Notes: generated from the letters alone by a model not told the origin. A DNA stretch of 64,000 bases from Nitrosopumilus sp. (GCA_965204345.1 OZ241981.1:1728001-1792000); one strand, 5' to 3'; shown: positions 46,104 through 57,222, counted from the stretch's first letter. Made by a program: numbers and translations.

Positions 46104-46255
46104 GTTCTGGTAAATTTTGGTGGTCTGTCATAAATCACAAATGTAAGTCTTTGAATTGTATTTCTTTGGGATTTTTTGCTGACTAGATGACTAAGAAAAT
46201 CATCTCTTGCAGTTTGCCTTTAAATTCCAATAATTAGTTTATCAGAATTTACCAA
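46104..46255. promoter_or_regulatory. Diverged copy of the shared upstream element before giant gene copy 2
   Basis: Aligns by eye with 2741-2905 (GTTCTGGTAAATTTTGGTG..AAATCACAAAT..TTTGGGATTTTTTG..TAAGAAAA..TTGCAGTTT..AAATTCC..TCAGAAT.TACC). Confidence 0.6.
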
Positions 46256-46266
46256 ACCTTAAGGGG

Positions 46267-46536
46267 TTATTTCATCTCCTGATCATTCACTATGTGTTTG
46301 ATCAGTTTGACAATATATGCAACTTGCATGGATTTTCCAATGCCTCCTTTTCTCTTGGGGTATGGTTCTAATCGTTTACTCTTATTTACAAATCGAGTTT
46401 CCTTTGAATAACGTTTTACGTTATCCCAGACACCATTAAATTCATAATGTGATATTCCTCGAATTTTTCCATTATCTGTCATTATTCTCAACAATAATTT
46501 TCCCTTTTTATTAGGTTCAAAATACAGTTTTATCAA
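46267..46536 (-). CDS. Small basic hypothetical protein
   Basis: 89-aa ORF overlapping the upstream gene by 4 nt; AT-rich. Confidence 0.55.
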   Translation of the reverse strand: MIKLYFEPNKKGKLLLRIMTDNGKIRGISHYEFNGVWDNVKRYSKETRFVNKSKRLEPYPKRKGGIGKSMQVAYIVKLIKHIVNDQEMK

Positions 46537-47489
46537 AAAGATATGGACTTTGTGGATTTTTTGATTTCCTTAATAATACCTTTCAATATTCTACCAAATT
46601 GTTTTAAATCAATTTTAAGAGTTCCAGATATGGCAAGATCATGTTTTTCAATTCTACCCTCCAAAGTAATGTTCATACTTCCAGGTAAAACAATAGGATG
46701 TCCAGCTCCTGCAATTTCACAAGATTGCATAGCAGGATCAACATGAGTAATTTTAAAATTTTGTTCGGGGATCACGGAAATAGTCTTAGCCATATCGTCG
46801 ATTTTGTTTTGATTTTGAAATGACATAAATTTATCTTGAGATATCTTAATGAATTGCAACGCATTTTGATTTCCTTTTTGGGCCATTTTGGCAGCATTGA
46901 TAAATTTTTTAGAAAAATCTGAAGGAATAAATTCTTCTATGTTTTCCAAAACAATACCCAGGTTGAAAGTAAATTCAATTTCTCTAATGGTAAATTGATC
47001 AAAGTGTTTGAACCATAGATCACTATAATCCAGAGCAATTTCTAAATTTGTTTCAGTAGATTCACGTCCAGTCTGTTTAGAAGTTTTTACAATATGTGGA
47101 TCAACTATTTTTTCTCTAAGAGTTTCAGGGAAAGATTTTCTAATGCCTATAGTAACCAATTCTGATTTAACCGTCTTGAACATCTCAGCAAAATTTATGA
47201 TTGGATTTTGTTCTTGGATAGTAATTATTCCAAGTTTTTTTAAATCTTCGTTATGAGGCAACCCGAATCCGTAGATTTCAATTATGTCTTCAAATTTGAC
47301 GGGTTGGGTCAAATATTGCTTTAATTTTTTTCCTATTCCGTCTATTCTAGAGTGTGAATTTCCAATAGAAATTTGATATTTGTATTCAATTTCTGAGTAT
47401 TTATGATATAGTGTAGCTCCTCTATGCACTATGTCGCCGGATCCTAATAATTTCTGAAGAATAGGTAAAAATGATGAAACCCAATCCAC
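46533..47489 (-). CDS. Hypothetical protein (AT-rich island)
   Basis: 318-aa open frame in AT-rich DNA; amphipathic N-terminus; no motif recognised. Confidence 0.75.
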   Translation of the reverse strand: MDWVSSFLPILQKLLGSGDIVHRGATLYHKYSEIEYKYQISIGNSHSRIDGIGKKLKQYLTQPVKFEDIIEIYGFGLPHNEDLKKLGIITIQEQNPIINFAEMFKTVKSELVTIGIRKSFPETLREKIVDPHIVKTSKQTGRESTETNLEIALDYSDLWFKHFDQFTIREIEFTFNLGIVLENIEEFIPSDFSKKFINAAKMAQKGNQNALQFIKISQDKFMSFQNQNKIDDMAKTISVIPEQNFKITHVDPAMQSCEIAGAGHPIVLPGSMNITLEGRIEKHDLAISGTLKIDLKQFGRILKGIIKEIKKSTKSISF

Positions 47490-47515
47490 TTGTTATTGAA
47501 TCTACAGACAAAATT

Positions 47516-48337
47516 TTAGACTAATTTTGGTTCTAAAAGAAGTGTCTGTTTATTAGATATCGTAGAAGATACCGGAATCTCCAAATTTTCTTTTTGTGGA
47601 ATGTGCATTGGCACATTTACAAGTTCAGTTTCATATATGTTATCCATTTGGTCATAATACTGAAAACCTATACCAATCATACCCATTCCCGAACCATGCA
47701 GAATAATTTTTGGGATGTATGTGGTGGTAGTATTTACAAAAAGATGTTCTTCACTGAAATTTTTTTCTTTTGTATGTTTGACCTCTATCTTCATATCCTT
47801 AGTATTCCAACTCCTTACATCAAGAATGGGCTTCAATTTTTGTACTTCACAGTGTCCCATGTTTTTTAATGTGAATGACAATGAAGGTAAAATTGGAACT
47901 AAATCATCTACTACGATTCCTTCTGAAGGAGCACTAGTCATGATCAGTTTTGGTCTAACTAATGTGGTTGATAATTCAATAGAGTTAATGACTTTATCAT
48001 TTGAAATAAACTCAATTAGAAATGGTAATTTCTTCTCGTCTTCAGGTTTTAATTTATAGATGGCCCGAAATCCTACAAATCCCGGAACTTGAATTATATC
48101 TTTTTTAATTACTACAGTTTCATTTTCAAATTGGGCATCAAAACCTTCAGATTTAGTTCCATCAAAGACAGATTGATCAACATTTAAAATTCTTTGAAAG
48201 TAAATATCCGGATCACATTTAATCAGGATTTTATCGTATGAAATATCAGAATCCCACTTAATCCATGCAAGGATTTGTTCATTAGGTAAGGCTCTAGGAG
48301 ATATATAATCTTCAAATATCCAATTTGAATCAGTCAA
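47516..48337 (-). CDS. Hypothetical beta-rich protein (AT-rich island)
   Basis: 273-aa open frame; no signal peptide or motif recognised. Confidence 0.75.
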   Translation of the reverse strand: MTDSNWIFEDYISPRALPNEQILAWIKWDSDISYDKILIKCDPDIYFQRILNVDQSVFDGTKSEGFDAQFENETVVIKKDIIQVPGFVGFRAIYKLKPEDEKKLPFLIEFISNDKVINSIELSTTLVRPKLIMTSAPSEGIVVDDLVPILPSLSFTLKNMGHCEVQKLKPILDVRSWNTKDMKIEVKHTKEKNFSEEHLFVNTTTTYIPKIILHGSGMGMIGIGFQYYDQMDNIYETELVNVPMHIPQKENLEIPVSSTISNKQTLLLEPKLV

Positions 48338-48563
48338 TTCTATACAATACTAAAAATCTCTCATTATAATCTGATTTGTTAGTTTTTATAAAAATACTGT
48401 AAAAAATAGGCACAAGTATTCGTTATTGAGAAACTAATAAAATGTACGACAGAACTTGATCACATAGATTATTTGTTATTCAAGATTTGTTGAAAATGTC
48501 TTATCTTCATTCCCAAATAAAAAAACAGAATCTCTTTTTAGATTTATATTAATTGAAAATTCT

Positions 48564-49091
48564 TTGTTGTATTTATATAAAGTTTGTAGAAAAAGCACTT
48601 CAGATAAAGCATCAACAACATTACAAAAATATGGTTGTTTGGACCTAGTAATTTTCAGAGAAGAATATGATAGTTTTTTATCACATCTAAATACTGAAGA
48701 AAAAAATTCTGTATTGTGTATGAAAACATTGCTTAGTGAACTTTTTGAGAATTTCACCTTAATTAAGGATATGAGAAATGATTGGATTGCTCATATTAAA
48801 AATTCTAAAAATTTTTATGATGAAATAACAAAACCTCTTAAATATTTAGAACCAGAAGATTTCGCAATAATTATGAACGGTATTATCTGTTTTATCAGAG
48901 GATTAAAAGGGATTTTCTTCGTAGAACATGAATTCATTTCAAGCAATTATACTAAAAAAATAGATGAAGTACAAAAAAAATTTATTCTTTCAGAAGATAA
49001 GATAAAAATCATATTGAATGGGAAAATTCAAACTGCAAATGCACTTTTCTGCCAAAATGGAGAATTTTTTCGATTCCCTTCTTTCAAATAG
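48564..49091 (+). CDS. Putative HEPN-like (Rx5H) helical protein, possibly 5'-frameshifted
   Basis: KDMRNDWIAHIK motif in a helical protein; frame is open upstream to 48468 without a start codon. Confidence 0.45.
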   Translation: MLYLYKVCRKSTSDKASTTLQKYGCLDLVIFREEYDSFLSHLNTEEKNSVLCMKTLLSELFENFTLIKDMRNDWIAHIKNSKNFYDEITKPLKYLEPEDFAIIMNGIICFIRGLKGIFFVEHEFISSNYTKKIDEVQKKFILSEDKIKIILNGKIQTANALFCQNGEFFRFPSFK

Positions 49092-49616
49092 GCAGATTGA
49101 TTTCATTAATTCAGTAGTTTTAGAAGAATTAGCAGTGTTTGTTCAATAATAACACTTTAAAATTTTTAATGATGGATGATTTTTTTAGCAGTGTTTGCTC
49201 TAGTTGGATATTCTATATTGGAATCTGACCAACCATGTTTCTAAAGTTTATGAACTACATGAATTTGTAAAAATGTTCCTCCTTGATTTAATGATTGAGT
49301 AATTGTCTCTGATTTGGTTTGTTTTTGTGGCTTTACTTTGGTTTTTGCCATTGCTTTAATTTTTTCTTGTATCTATTCAATATTTTTTCTAAAGCATCAT
49401 CAAGAGTTGGAATTTTTCTTGTTCTATCTTATTTGCCCCATGGTCTTGGAGTTTCCTTGTTGAGTATTTTTGGTAATTTGGCAGCTGTAATGTTTTTTAT
49501 GCATATCTGCTATATTTTTGAGAATGACTAGTCTACAATCACCTTGCTACCCTGATTTAGCTGTAGCTATTTAGCTATGCCTATTTTTCCTCATGTATTT
49601 ATAATATAACGGAGTT

Positions 49617-51026
49617 ATGACGTACATGACTGCTGAAAATCTGGATATGGATTATTCAAAATATGATTTTAAGGATTCTACAGAGATGTATGTCCACCTT
49701 AGCAAGAAAGGCCTGTCTAAGGAAACTGTAATTAGCATTAGTAAAATGAAAAACGAGCCTGACTGGATGCTTGATTTCCGATTGCGTTCATTTGAAATTT
49801 TTATGAAAAAACCAATGCCAACTTGGGGCGGAGACCTCAGCGTAATTGATTTCCAAAATATTTACTATTATGCAAAGGCATCTGACAAGGTAGAAAAGAA
49901 TTGGGACGATGTTCCAGAGAATGTCAAAAACACATTTGACAAACTAGGAATTCCAGAGGCTGAAAAGAAATTCTTGGCAGGTGTGGGTGCACAGTACGAG
50001 TCTGAGGTTGTTTATCACAGCCTTAGAGAAGACCTGGCAAAACAGGGCGTTTTATTTTTAGATACTGATGCGGCACTACATGAACATCCAGAGTTGTTCA
50101 AAAAATACTTTGGTAAAATCATTCCCCCAGAGGACAACAAGTTTGCAGCGTTAAACAGTGCAGTATGGAGTGGCGGTTCGTTCATCTATGTCCCACCTGG
50201 TGTCAAAGTTGACATGCCTCTGCAAGCATACTTTAGAATTAACGCAGAAAACATAGGTCAATTCGAAAGAACACTGATCATTGTAGATGAGGGTGCAGAA
50301 GTACACTACATTGAGGGATGTACTGCCCCTGTTTATTCCTCAGAATCGCTGCACTCTGCAGTTGTAGAACTGGTTGCACACAAAGATGCAAAACTACGAT
50401 ACACTACAATCCAAAATTGGAGTGCTGATGTTTACAATCTTGTAACCAAGCGTGCTTATGCATATGAAGGTGCTACAGTTGAATGGATTGATGGAAACAT
50501 TGGCAGCAAGCTCACAATGAAGTATCCTGGGGTATATCTTATGGGCCAGAGGGCATATGGCGAAACATTGTCCATTGCCTTTGCAGGCAAGGGACAGCAT
50601 CAGGATACGGGAGCAAAAATGGTTCATCTTGCACCAAACACGACCTCCAAGGTCACATCAAAGTCCGTAAGCAGGCTAGACGGCCGTTCAACCTACAGGG
50701 GAATGCTAAACGTAGCAAAAGGTGCCACTGGTGTAAAATCAACTGTAAGGTGTGATGCACTACTCTTAGATGATACGTCAAAAACCGATACATATCCCTA
50801 CATGGAAATTAATCAGGAAGATGCAACAATCACCCACGAGGCAACTGTTGGAAAAATTGGCGATGAACAAATCTTCTATCTTATGAGCAGAGGATTCAAT
50901 GAAGAGGAGGCACTATCCTTGATTGTAAATGGCTTTATGGAGCCATTCACAAAAGAGTTGCCAATGGAATATGCTGTTGAATTAAACAGGCTCATCAAAC
51001 TAGAGATGGATGATTCGGTGGGATAA
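49617..51026 (+). CDS. sufB: Fe-S cluster assembly protein SufB
   Basis: [59 protein letters not shown]. Confidence 0.97.
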   Translation: MTYMTAENLDMDYSKYDFKDSTEMYVHLSKKGLSKETVISISKMKNEPDWMLDFRLRSFEIFMKKPMPTWGGDLSVIDFQNIYYYAKASDKVEKNWDDVPENVKNTFDKLGIPEAEKKFLAGVGAQYESEVVYHSLREDLAKQGVLFLDTDAALHEHPELFKKYFGKIIPPEDNKFAALNSAVWSGGSFIYVPPGVKVDMPLQAYFRINAENIGQFERTLIIVDEGAEVHYIEGCTAPVYSSESLHSAVVELVAHKDAKLRYTTIQNWSADVYNLVTKRAYAYEGATVEWIDGNIGSKLTMKYPGVYLMGQRAYGETLSIAFAGKGQHQDTGAKMVHLAPNTTSKVTSKSVSRLDGRSTYRGMLNVAKGATGVKSTVRCDALLLDDTSKTDTYPYMEINQEDATITHEATVGKIGDEQIFYLMSRGFNEEEALSLIVNGFMEPFTKELPMEYAVELNRLIKLEMDDSVG

Positions 51027-51054
51027 TATCCCATACTTAATTTTGGTAAAAATC

Positions 51055-52455
51055 ATGTCTCAAGAAATTCTCTCAAAACTCAATACAAGTATTATCGATG
51101 AGATCTCCTCCTCACGAAATGAACCTGATTGGCTAAAGGACTACAGAAAGAATTCGCTATCTGTCTATGACCGCCTGCCAATTGAGCTATCTCCACTATA
51201 CAACAAATACACTGATGCAAAAAAGATGGATCCAGAAAAAGTGTCCCTCTCCACGTCTACTGCCCAAACCATTCCTAGCTTCTTAACAAAAAGATTGGGC
51301 GAGCTAGAAAACCAAGTCTGTGTTATCCAAATTGGAACCAATATTGTCAAAATCAACCTTCCTGATGATCTAAAGTCAAAGGGACTGGTGATTTCTTCAA
51401 TTTCTGATGCAATAGAAAATAATACAGAATTGGTAAAAAAGGCATTAGAGGCATCAAAATCCGATGAAGATAAATTTACTGCGCTAAACAACGCTGCCTT
51501 TAACTCAGGAATATTCATACACATCCCGCGTAACTTGATTGTAGATAAGCCGATTCACATGTTTACCTGCCTGTCTGAGGATGGCCATTCAACCATTTCT
51601 AGAAATGTAATATTTGCAGATGAAGGTAGCAAGGCCAGCATTGTGCAGGAATTGTACTCTCCTAGCATTCAGACTCAGCAGGCATATCTGGAGTTGATGA
51701 ATACTTCTCTTGGGGCAAATGCGCAATTAGATGTTACCGCTCTGCAGATGATTGATCAGCATGCAGTGGCATTCTCAACTAGAAGAACTGACTTGGCCCA
51801 GGATTCTAAAGTAAACTGGTATTCTGGACTGTTTGGCTCTATGCTGTCCAGATACAAAATTGAGTACTTTTTAAATGGCACTGGCGCATCATCCAACGAT
51901 TCTGAAGTAATCTTTGGAAATAACGAGCAGTCATTTGATATCCAGACTAATGTTAATCATGAAAGTCCGGCAACTGAAGGAAGGGTCGTTGAAAAATCTA
52001 TTCTAAGGGACAAATCAAAATCCCTCTTCAAAGGAATGATTAGAATCAAGGAAAATGCCGCAAAGTCAAACTCCTTTCTGTCTGGCCGTTCAATTCTATT
52101 GGACAAGGATGCAAAATCTGACGCAATTCCGGGATTGGAGATTTTTACTAATGATGTAAAGGCTACCCACTCTGCATCTGTTGCACAAATTGATGAGGAA
52201 CAAATATTCTATTTGAAGACCCGATGTCTGAGTCACCAGGAAGCTGAAAGAACGATAGTTGAGGGTTTCTTGGAACCCCTCTCAAGAAAGATGTCTTTTC
52301 AGGTTCGAGCATGGATTGCATATCTGATTGAGTCAAAATGGGACAACAAGGAACTTACAATTAGCACTGATGAGGAACTAACAAAGTTTGTTGAAATTGA
52401 GGAAACCCGATACAACGAAGACTCTGAAATCCAACAGCATTACAAGTATAGGTGA
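51055..52455 (+). CDS. sufD: SufD / SufBD-family protein
   Basis: AIPGLEIFTNDVKATHSASV, QIFYLKTR; follows sufB. Confidence 0.92.
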   Translation: MSQEILSKLNTSIIDEISSSRNEPDWLKDYRKNSLSVYDRLPIELSPLYNKYTDAKKMDPEKVSLSTSTAQTIPSFLTKRLGELENQVCVIQIGTNIVKINLPDDLKSKGLVISSISDAIENNTELVKKALEASKSDEDKFTALNNAAFNSGIFIHIPRNLIVDKPIHMFTCLSEDGHSTISRNVIFADEGSKASIVQELYSPSIQTQQAYLELMNTSLGANAQLDVTALQMIDQHAVAFSTRRTDLAQDSKVNWYSGLFGSMLSRYKIEYFLNGTGASSNDSEVIFGNNEQSFDIQTNVNHESPATEGRVVEKSILRDKSKSLFKGMIRIKENAAKSNSFLSGRSILLDKDAKSDAIPGLEIFTNDVKATHSASVAQIDEEQIFYLKTRCLSHQEAERTIVEGFLEPLSRKMSFQVRAWIAYLIESKWDNKELTISTDEELTKFVEIEETRYNEDSEIQQHYKYR

Positions 52456-52459
52456 TGTT

Positions 52460-52768
52460 TTGTCTGAATGGATTAAAGCTTGTAGTACAGAGCAAGTAAA
52501 AGAAGGCCAGCTTTTCGGATTTGTCCACGAAGATAAGAAGCTCCTCATAGCTAATCTGGGGGGGAAAATCCATGCAACTGACTTGATTTGTACCCATGCT
52601 GATGCTGATCTTTCCACCGGTTTTCTAAGCGATGATGGCATTAGATGCCCGTTACACCTTTCTGTTTTTAATCTGGCAAGTGGAGAGCCCCAAAATCTCC
52701 CTGCTGAAAAACCCCTCAAGACATACAATGTTAAAGTAGATGCTGATGCAATTTACGTGGAGCTTTAA
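52460..52768 (+). CDS. Rieske 2Fe-2S ferredoxin
   Basis: CTH..CPLH..F motif; TTG start assumed. Confidence 0.9.
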   Translation: MSEWIKACSTEQVKEGQLFGFVHEDKKLLIANLGGKIHATDLICTHADADLSTGFLSDDGIRCPLHLSVFNLASGEPQNLPAEKPLKTYNVKVDADAIYVEL

Positions 52769-52771
52769 GAA

Positions 52772-54016
52772 ATGCAAAGTACGGAATCTATTTTTGAAAA
52801 TCTAAGAAGTGATTTCCCAATTCTTAAGAGAACTGTTAGGGACAACAAGCCCCTTGTATACCTTGACAATGCATCTACAACACAAAAGCCAAATCAGGTA
52901 ATTGATTCAATCACTGATTATTATAAAAACCATAATGCAAATATTCACAGGGCTGTTTATGCGCTGGCTGAAGAAGCTACTGAGGCATATGAGGCAACCC
53001 GAGACAAGATTGCAAGTTTTGTAAATATAAAAAACCGCCAGGAAATTATCTTTGTTCGGGGTACCACTGAGGCAATCAACCTGGTTGCATACGCATGGGG
53101 CAGGCCTCATATCAACAAAGGAGATACTGTGGTTACTACTGAATACGAACACCACAGCAACATCGTTCCATGGCAGCTTCTAACTCAGGAAAAACATGCC
53201 AAATTAGAATACATTGGAATGGATGATAATGGCGAGTTGATTTTAGATGATCTTGACAAATATCTTGCAACAGGCAAAGTCAAGCTAGTAACTTTTAGCC
53301 TGATGTCTAATGTCCTTGGAACCATTACCAATGCTGAAAAAATCATCAAGAGATGCAGGGATGCAGGCGTTCTCACGCTGATTGATGGAGCCCAGGCAGT
53401 TCCTCACATGAAAGTTGATCTTGAAGAACTGGACTGTGACTTTTTTGCCTTTTCTGGACATAAAATGCTGGGACCTACCGGAATTGGCGTCTTGTGGGTA
53501 AAAAAATCCATACTAGAAACCATGAGCCCATTTCACGGTGGCGGTGACATGATTAGGGAAGTCCACAAGTATGAGACCACTTGGAATGACTTGCCATACA
53601 AATTTGAGGCAGGCACTCCCAACATTGCAGATGTAGTAGGCTTGGGCTCTGCAATAGACTATCTTACAAAAATTGGAATGGATAACATAAGGGAACACGA
53701 GGTTGAACTAACAAAATATGCCCTAGAAAAGCTGTCTGCAGTCAAAGGACTTCACATCTATGGCACAAAGGATATCTCAAAACGCGGCGGTGTCATCTCA
53801 TTTAATTTTGCAGATGTCCATCCCCATGATGTTGCTCAAATTATCGATGCAGAAGGCATTGCGTTAAGATCCGGCCATCACTGCGCACAAGTTCTGATGG
53901 AGAGGCTAAATGTTGCTGCAACATCCCGGGCCAGCTTTTACATTTACAATACAAAACAAGACATTGATATTCTGGTAGATTCATTAAATATTGTGGCAAA
54001 GGTGTTCAAACTATGA
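52772..54016 (+). CDS. sufS: SufS-type cysteine desulfurase
   Basis: YLDNASTTQKP, EHHSN, DGAQ, FSGHKMLGP, EAGTP, RSGHHCAQ. Confidence 0.96.
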   Translation: MQSTESIFENLRSDFPILKRTVRDNKPLVYLDNASTTQKPNQVIDSITDYYKNHNANIHRAVYALAEEATEAYEATRDKIASFVNIKNRQEIIFVRGTTEAINLVAYAWGRPHINKGDTVVTTEYEHHSNIVPWQLLTQEKHAKLEYIGMDDNGELILDDLDKYLATGKVKLVTFSLMSNVLGTITNAEKIIKRCRDAGVLTLIDGAQAVPHMKVDLEELDCDFFAFSGHKMLGPTGIGVLWVKKSILETMSPFHGGGDMIREVHKYETTWNDLPYKFEAGTPNIADVVGLGSAIDYLTKIGMDNIREHEVELTKYALEKLSAVKGLHIYGTKDISKRGGVISFNFADVHPHDVAQIIDAEGIALRSGHHCAQVLMERLNVAATSRASFYIYNTKQDIDILVDSLNIVAKVFKL

Positions 54017-54456
54017 GTAGCAATGCAGACATTTATCACGAGATGATCGTTGATTACTCAAGAAACCCGGTTAACTATGGCCAAATTGAAAATCATGACG
54101 TAACATTTCATGACTCTAATCCGCTATGTGGCGATAGCATTGACATTGATATGAAAATTGACGAAAACAAGGTTACTGATATAAAGTTTCATGGCAAGGG
54201 CTGTGCAATCTGCATGGCCTGCTCTTCGGTTTTGACTGAAATTACAAAGGGTAAGAGTCTGGATGAGGCAAGGGCAATTGAAAAAAATGATGTCCTAAGT
54301 GAGTTGGGCCTTGAACATCTACAGGCAGTACGAATCAAGTGTGCACTACTGTCTCTTAAGGTGCTCAAATCTGCACTTTATACGTACATCGGGGATAATC
54401 TAAAGGATGCTCAGGATGTGGATAAATTAAAAGAAGAGGCAGCAAACCTGTACTAG
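54013..54456 (+). CDS. sufU: SufU/IscU-type scaffold
   Basis: NPLCGD, GCAICMA, RIKCALL. Confidence 0.92.
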   Translation: MSSNADIYHEMIVDYSRNPVNYGQIENHDVTFHDSNPLCGDSIDIDMKIDENKVTDIKFHGKGCAICMACSSVLTEITKGKSLDEARAIEKNDVLSELGLEHLQAVRIKCALLSLKVLKSALYTYIGDNLKDAQDVDKLKEEAANLY

Positions 54457-54457
54457 T

Positions 54458-54805
54458 ATGAGTGATTTTACTCCTACAGTTCCAATCGCACTTCAAATTA
54501 GGAAAATAATTTTTGAAAAATTCAATGACATTGATGCCAAGTTTACAAATGATGAGATCTTTGAAATAATAAAGGCAGGCGGTGATCTTGATTCCTCTTG
54601 GATAATTGATGATACTGAATCCTTTTTTAACGAACTTTGTGATTCGGGTCTTGCCAGAAATATTGCCCAGAACCTTACTACGATGTACCTGAAACTATTT
54701 GATCCTATGGAGAAGCTTCACTGTGATAGCTGCGGGCATGATGTCCATTTGGGGGCATCTGAGGAACGCAAATGTCCGAATCCTTCTTGCAGGTCTTCTA
54801 TTTAG
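54458..54805 (+). CDS. Hypothetical protein with C-terminal zinc ribbon
   Basis: CDSCG..CPNPSC; follows sufU by 1 nt. Confidence 0.75.
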   Translation: MSDFTPTVPIALQIRKIIFEKFNDIDAKFTNDEIFEIIKAGGDLDSSWIIDDTESFFNELCDSGLARNIAQNLTTMYLKLFDPMEKLHCDSCGHDVHLGASEERKCPNPSCRSSI

Positions 54806-56006
54806 ATTTGTATTTTATCGCAGCATCTTCTAATGCCTTAATCATTGGCAGTTTTTCCCCGGTGAGATACAGTACCAGTGCCCCGCCTGCGGTACTGATG
54901 TGGTTGATTTTATCTGTTAATCCTTGCTGTTTTAGCGCAGTAGTCAAATGACCTCCACTAACAATTGTAGTTGCCATGGAATTTGCAACTGAGTTTAGCA
55001 GGGCTTTTGTTCCATAGCCAAAGTTTTCTTTTTCAAAAAATCCCGCAGGACCGCTAATGAATACCGTTCCTGCACCTGCAATTAATTTTGAATAGTATTC
55101 TACCGTTTTTGGTCCCAAGTCAAATATCTTGTCCCCTTTGCCCATCTCTCTTACATCCATCTCTACTCTTTCGCCATCCTTGTCAATTGCAATATCTACC
55201 GGGGTTGCAAAGACATCGGGGTATTCTCCTATCAGCGAATGTGCCTTTGCAACGACTTCCTCTTCGCGTTTTATTCCCATCGGGGACTTGATTCTTGCCT
55301 GTGCACGCATAAACACATTGCCAATTAGCCCTGTTAGTAAAACATGATCTGCCCGACCGTTTTGAATTAGCAGCTTTATTGCTTCTAGCCTGTCTGGTAT
55401 TTTAGATCCTCCCAAGACAATAATGTGTGGCGCCTTTGCAACCGTCATAATCTCATCCAAATTCCTCACTTCCCTTTCAACAATCCTTCCTGCACATGCA
55501 GGTATCACTTGTGGAAATCCCACTATTGACGGATGTGACCTATGCGCACTAGGAAATGAATCTAACACACAAATGTCAAATAGCTTGGATAGTCTGGAAA
55601 CCATGATTGTTTTTGCCGCATTTTCTGGGGTAAATTCATAGTTTTCTTCTGCACATAACCTTAGGTTATCCAAAAGCAAAATTTCCCCCGACTTTAAATT
55701 TTTAATCGCGTTTTGTGCAGATTCTCCAATTGTATCCTCTACGTATCTTATTTTTTTGTTCATTAACTTTTCAAGAACTTTTGCATGCCTGTCCATCCCT
55801 GTGTATTCGTTATTTCCAACCCTTCCTTGGTGAGATCCTATGACAACTTTTGATTCTTTTAGCGAGTCAAGTGTCTCAATTGCCTCTTCTATTCTTTTAG
55901 TACCTAGAATCTCCTGTGTCTCTGGATCTATTGGGCAATTCATGTCTACCCGCAAAAAAACTGTCTTATCTCTTAGGTCAAAATCATCTAATGTGAGTAC
56001 TTTCAC
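54798..56006 (-). CDS. pgk: Phosphoglycerate kinase
   Basis: FLRVDMNCP, SHQGR, DNLR, SAHRSH, LGGSK, GGH, HISTAGGA; GTG 56006 taken as start. Confidence 0.95.
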   Translation of the reverse strand: MKVLTLDDFDLRDKTVFLRVDMNCPIDPETQEILGTKRIEEAIETLDSLKESKVVIGSHQGRVGNNEYTGMDRHAKVLEKLMNKKIRYVEDTIGESAQNAIKNLKSGEILLLDNLRLCAEENYEFTPENAAKTIMVSRLSKLFDICVLDSFPSAHRSHPSIVGFPQVIPACAGRIVEREVRNLDEIMTVAKAPHIIVLGGSKIPDRLEAIKLLIQNGRADHVLLTGLIGNVFMRAQARIKSPMGIKREEEVVAKAHSLIGEYPDVFATPVDIAIDKDGERVEMDVREMGKGDKIFDLGPKTVEYYSKLIAGAGTVFISGPAGFFEKENFGYGTKALLNSVANSMATTIVSGGHLTTALKQQGLTDKINHISTAGGALVLYLTGEKLPMIKALEDAAIKYKSK

Positions 56007-56129
56007 AAGTTGTCTATTGTCCTCTTGGTTAAATTCTTTAAGCCGATCAGTATTGTTTATGATTGTTGGTTTTGAAGACTGTTTGTCTATTGACAAAAAT
56101 TAAAAGATGGGTAATTGAGGTTTCACTAG

Positions 56130-56798
56130 TTGCAAAGTTGGCTTTTTGATATTAGATCTCGCTCTTTTGTACTGCTGACTGTATCCTTTCTAATTCTTAC
56201 TGCTATTGTTTATTCTGGGGTCACTGAAAGCTTTGATCAAAACATAATTTTGTTTTTTTCTGAAATTGTTGGAAATCCTATCATTGATCTGATAATGCAA
56301 TCCATTACTGAAAGCGGCGAGGCATTGTGGATGCTGGGCTTTGCAATTTTGGTATTGCTAATTCCAAAAACCCGCAGGGTTGGTCTGACCTTGATGATAT
56401 TGATTGTGATTTCCACACTGTTTACAGGATATGTCAAATGCGGTGTTGATCGAGACAGGCCTGATTTTGAGTATGATGCTGTCTCTTTTCCTGTACCTGT
56501 TAGTGAGGACACCTTTGCCCTGTTTTGCGAGGGCGGATACGATGCATCCTATCCTTCTGGCCATGCTGCAAGGTCTATGATATTTGCCATTATTTTGGGA
56601 TATGCATTATCTGAACGGTTCCCCCGCGGCGCATATCTTATGTTTCTGTATCCATTTTTAATTTCCCTGAGCAGACTTTACGTGTTGGTGCATTATCCTA
56701 TGGATGTAGTCGGTGGTACCATTGTTGGCGTGATGCTTGCTGGAGTGATGGCCAATAGAACAAAGCTATACAAAATTTTTGATAAATCAAAAACCTAG
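56130..56798 (+). CDS. PAP2-family membrane phosphatase
   Basis: K..V.R.RP, SYPSGH, SRLYVLVHYPMDV. Confidence 0.92.
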   Translation: MQSWLFDIRSRSFVLLTVSFLILTAIVYSGVTESFDQNIILFFSEIVGNPIIDLIMQSITESGEALWMLGFAILVLLIPKTRRVGLTLMILIVISTLFTGYVKCGVDRDRPDFEYDAVSFPVPVSEDTFALFCEGGYDASYPSGHAARSMIFAIILGYALSERFPRGAYLMFLYPFLISLSRLYVLVHYPMDVVGGTIVGVMLAGVMANRTKLYKIFDKSKT

Positions 56799-57098
56799 AT
56801 CTTCTAGAACACTACGCTGCATCAAAACTATTGCATAATGCTGATCATCGTGGTGATATGTCCAATATTTAATGTCCCTGTCTTCCTTCTTTTGCCTTAG
56901 GCTCGTTGTAATTCCCGTTGTTACCGTATATCCGATTCTCTTTGCAGTCCTAGATTCCTTTGGCATTAGTACTTTGTATCCTGCCTTTTTATTCCTGAAT
57001 CCCAATCTTACCATGTCTTCAACTGCCAAAACTGCCTCTTTCTCGTCTTTGAGATCATATGTTTTTGATATTGGTAAATCTTTTGGATGAAATTCCAT
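56787..57098 (-). CDS. Hypothetical protein
   Basis: 103-aa ATG ORF convergent with the PAP2 gene. Confidence 0.7.
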   Translation of the reverse strand: MEFHPKDLPISKTYDLKDEKEAVLAVEDMVRLGFRNKKAGYKVLMPKESRTAKRIGYTVTTGITTSLRQKKEDRDIKYWTYHHDDQHYAIVLMQRSVLEDLGF

Positions 57099-57222
57099 GA
57101 TTGCTGTATTTTTTTCAAATTAATATTTCTTAAAAATTTGACTTTGGCGATCAAACTATGTTAATTTTCTTAACTTGAAAGTCAAATCATGATTATGTTC
57201 ACTACTTAACCGACTCTTTTAC

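Noticed and set aside
49319-49531. 70-aa Phe-rich plus-strand ORF
   Set aside because: Likely the shadow of a stop-interrupted Lys-rich minus-strand relic at the island edge; no identifiable family.
49617-54456. suf cluster lacking sufC; hem genes split into two clusters
   Set aside because: Split suf and hem loci are common in archaea and sufC may lie outside the window; not evidence of novelty.
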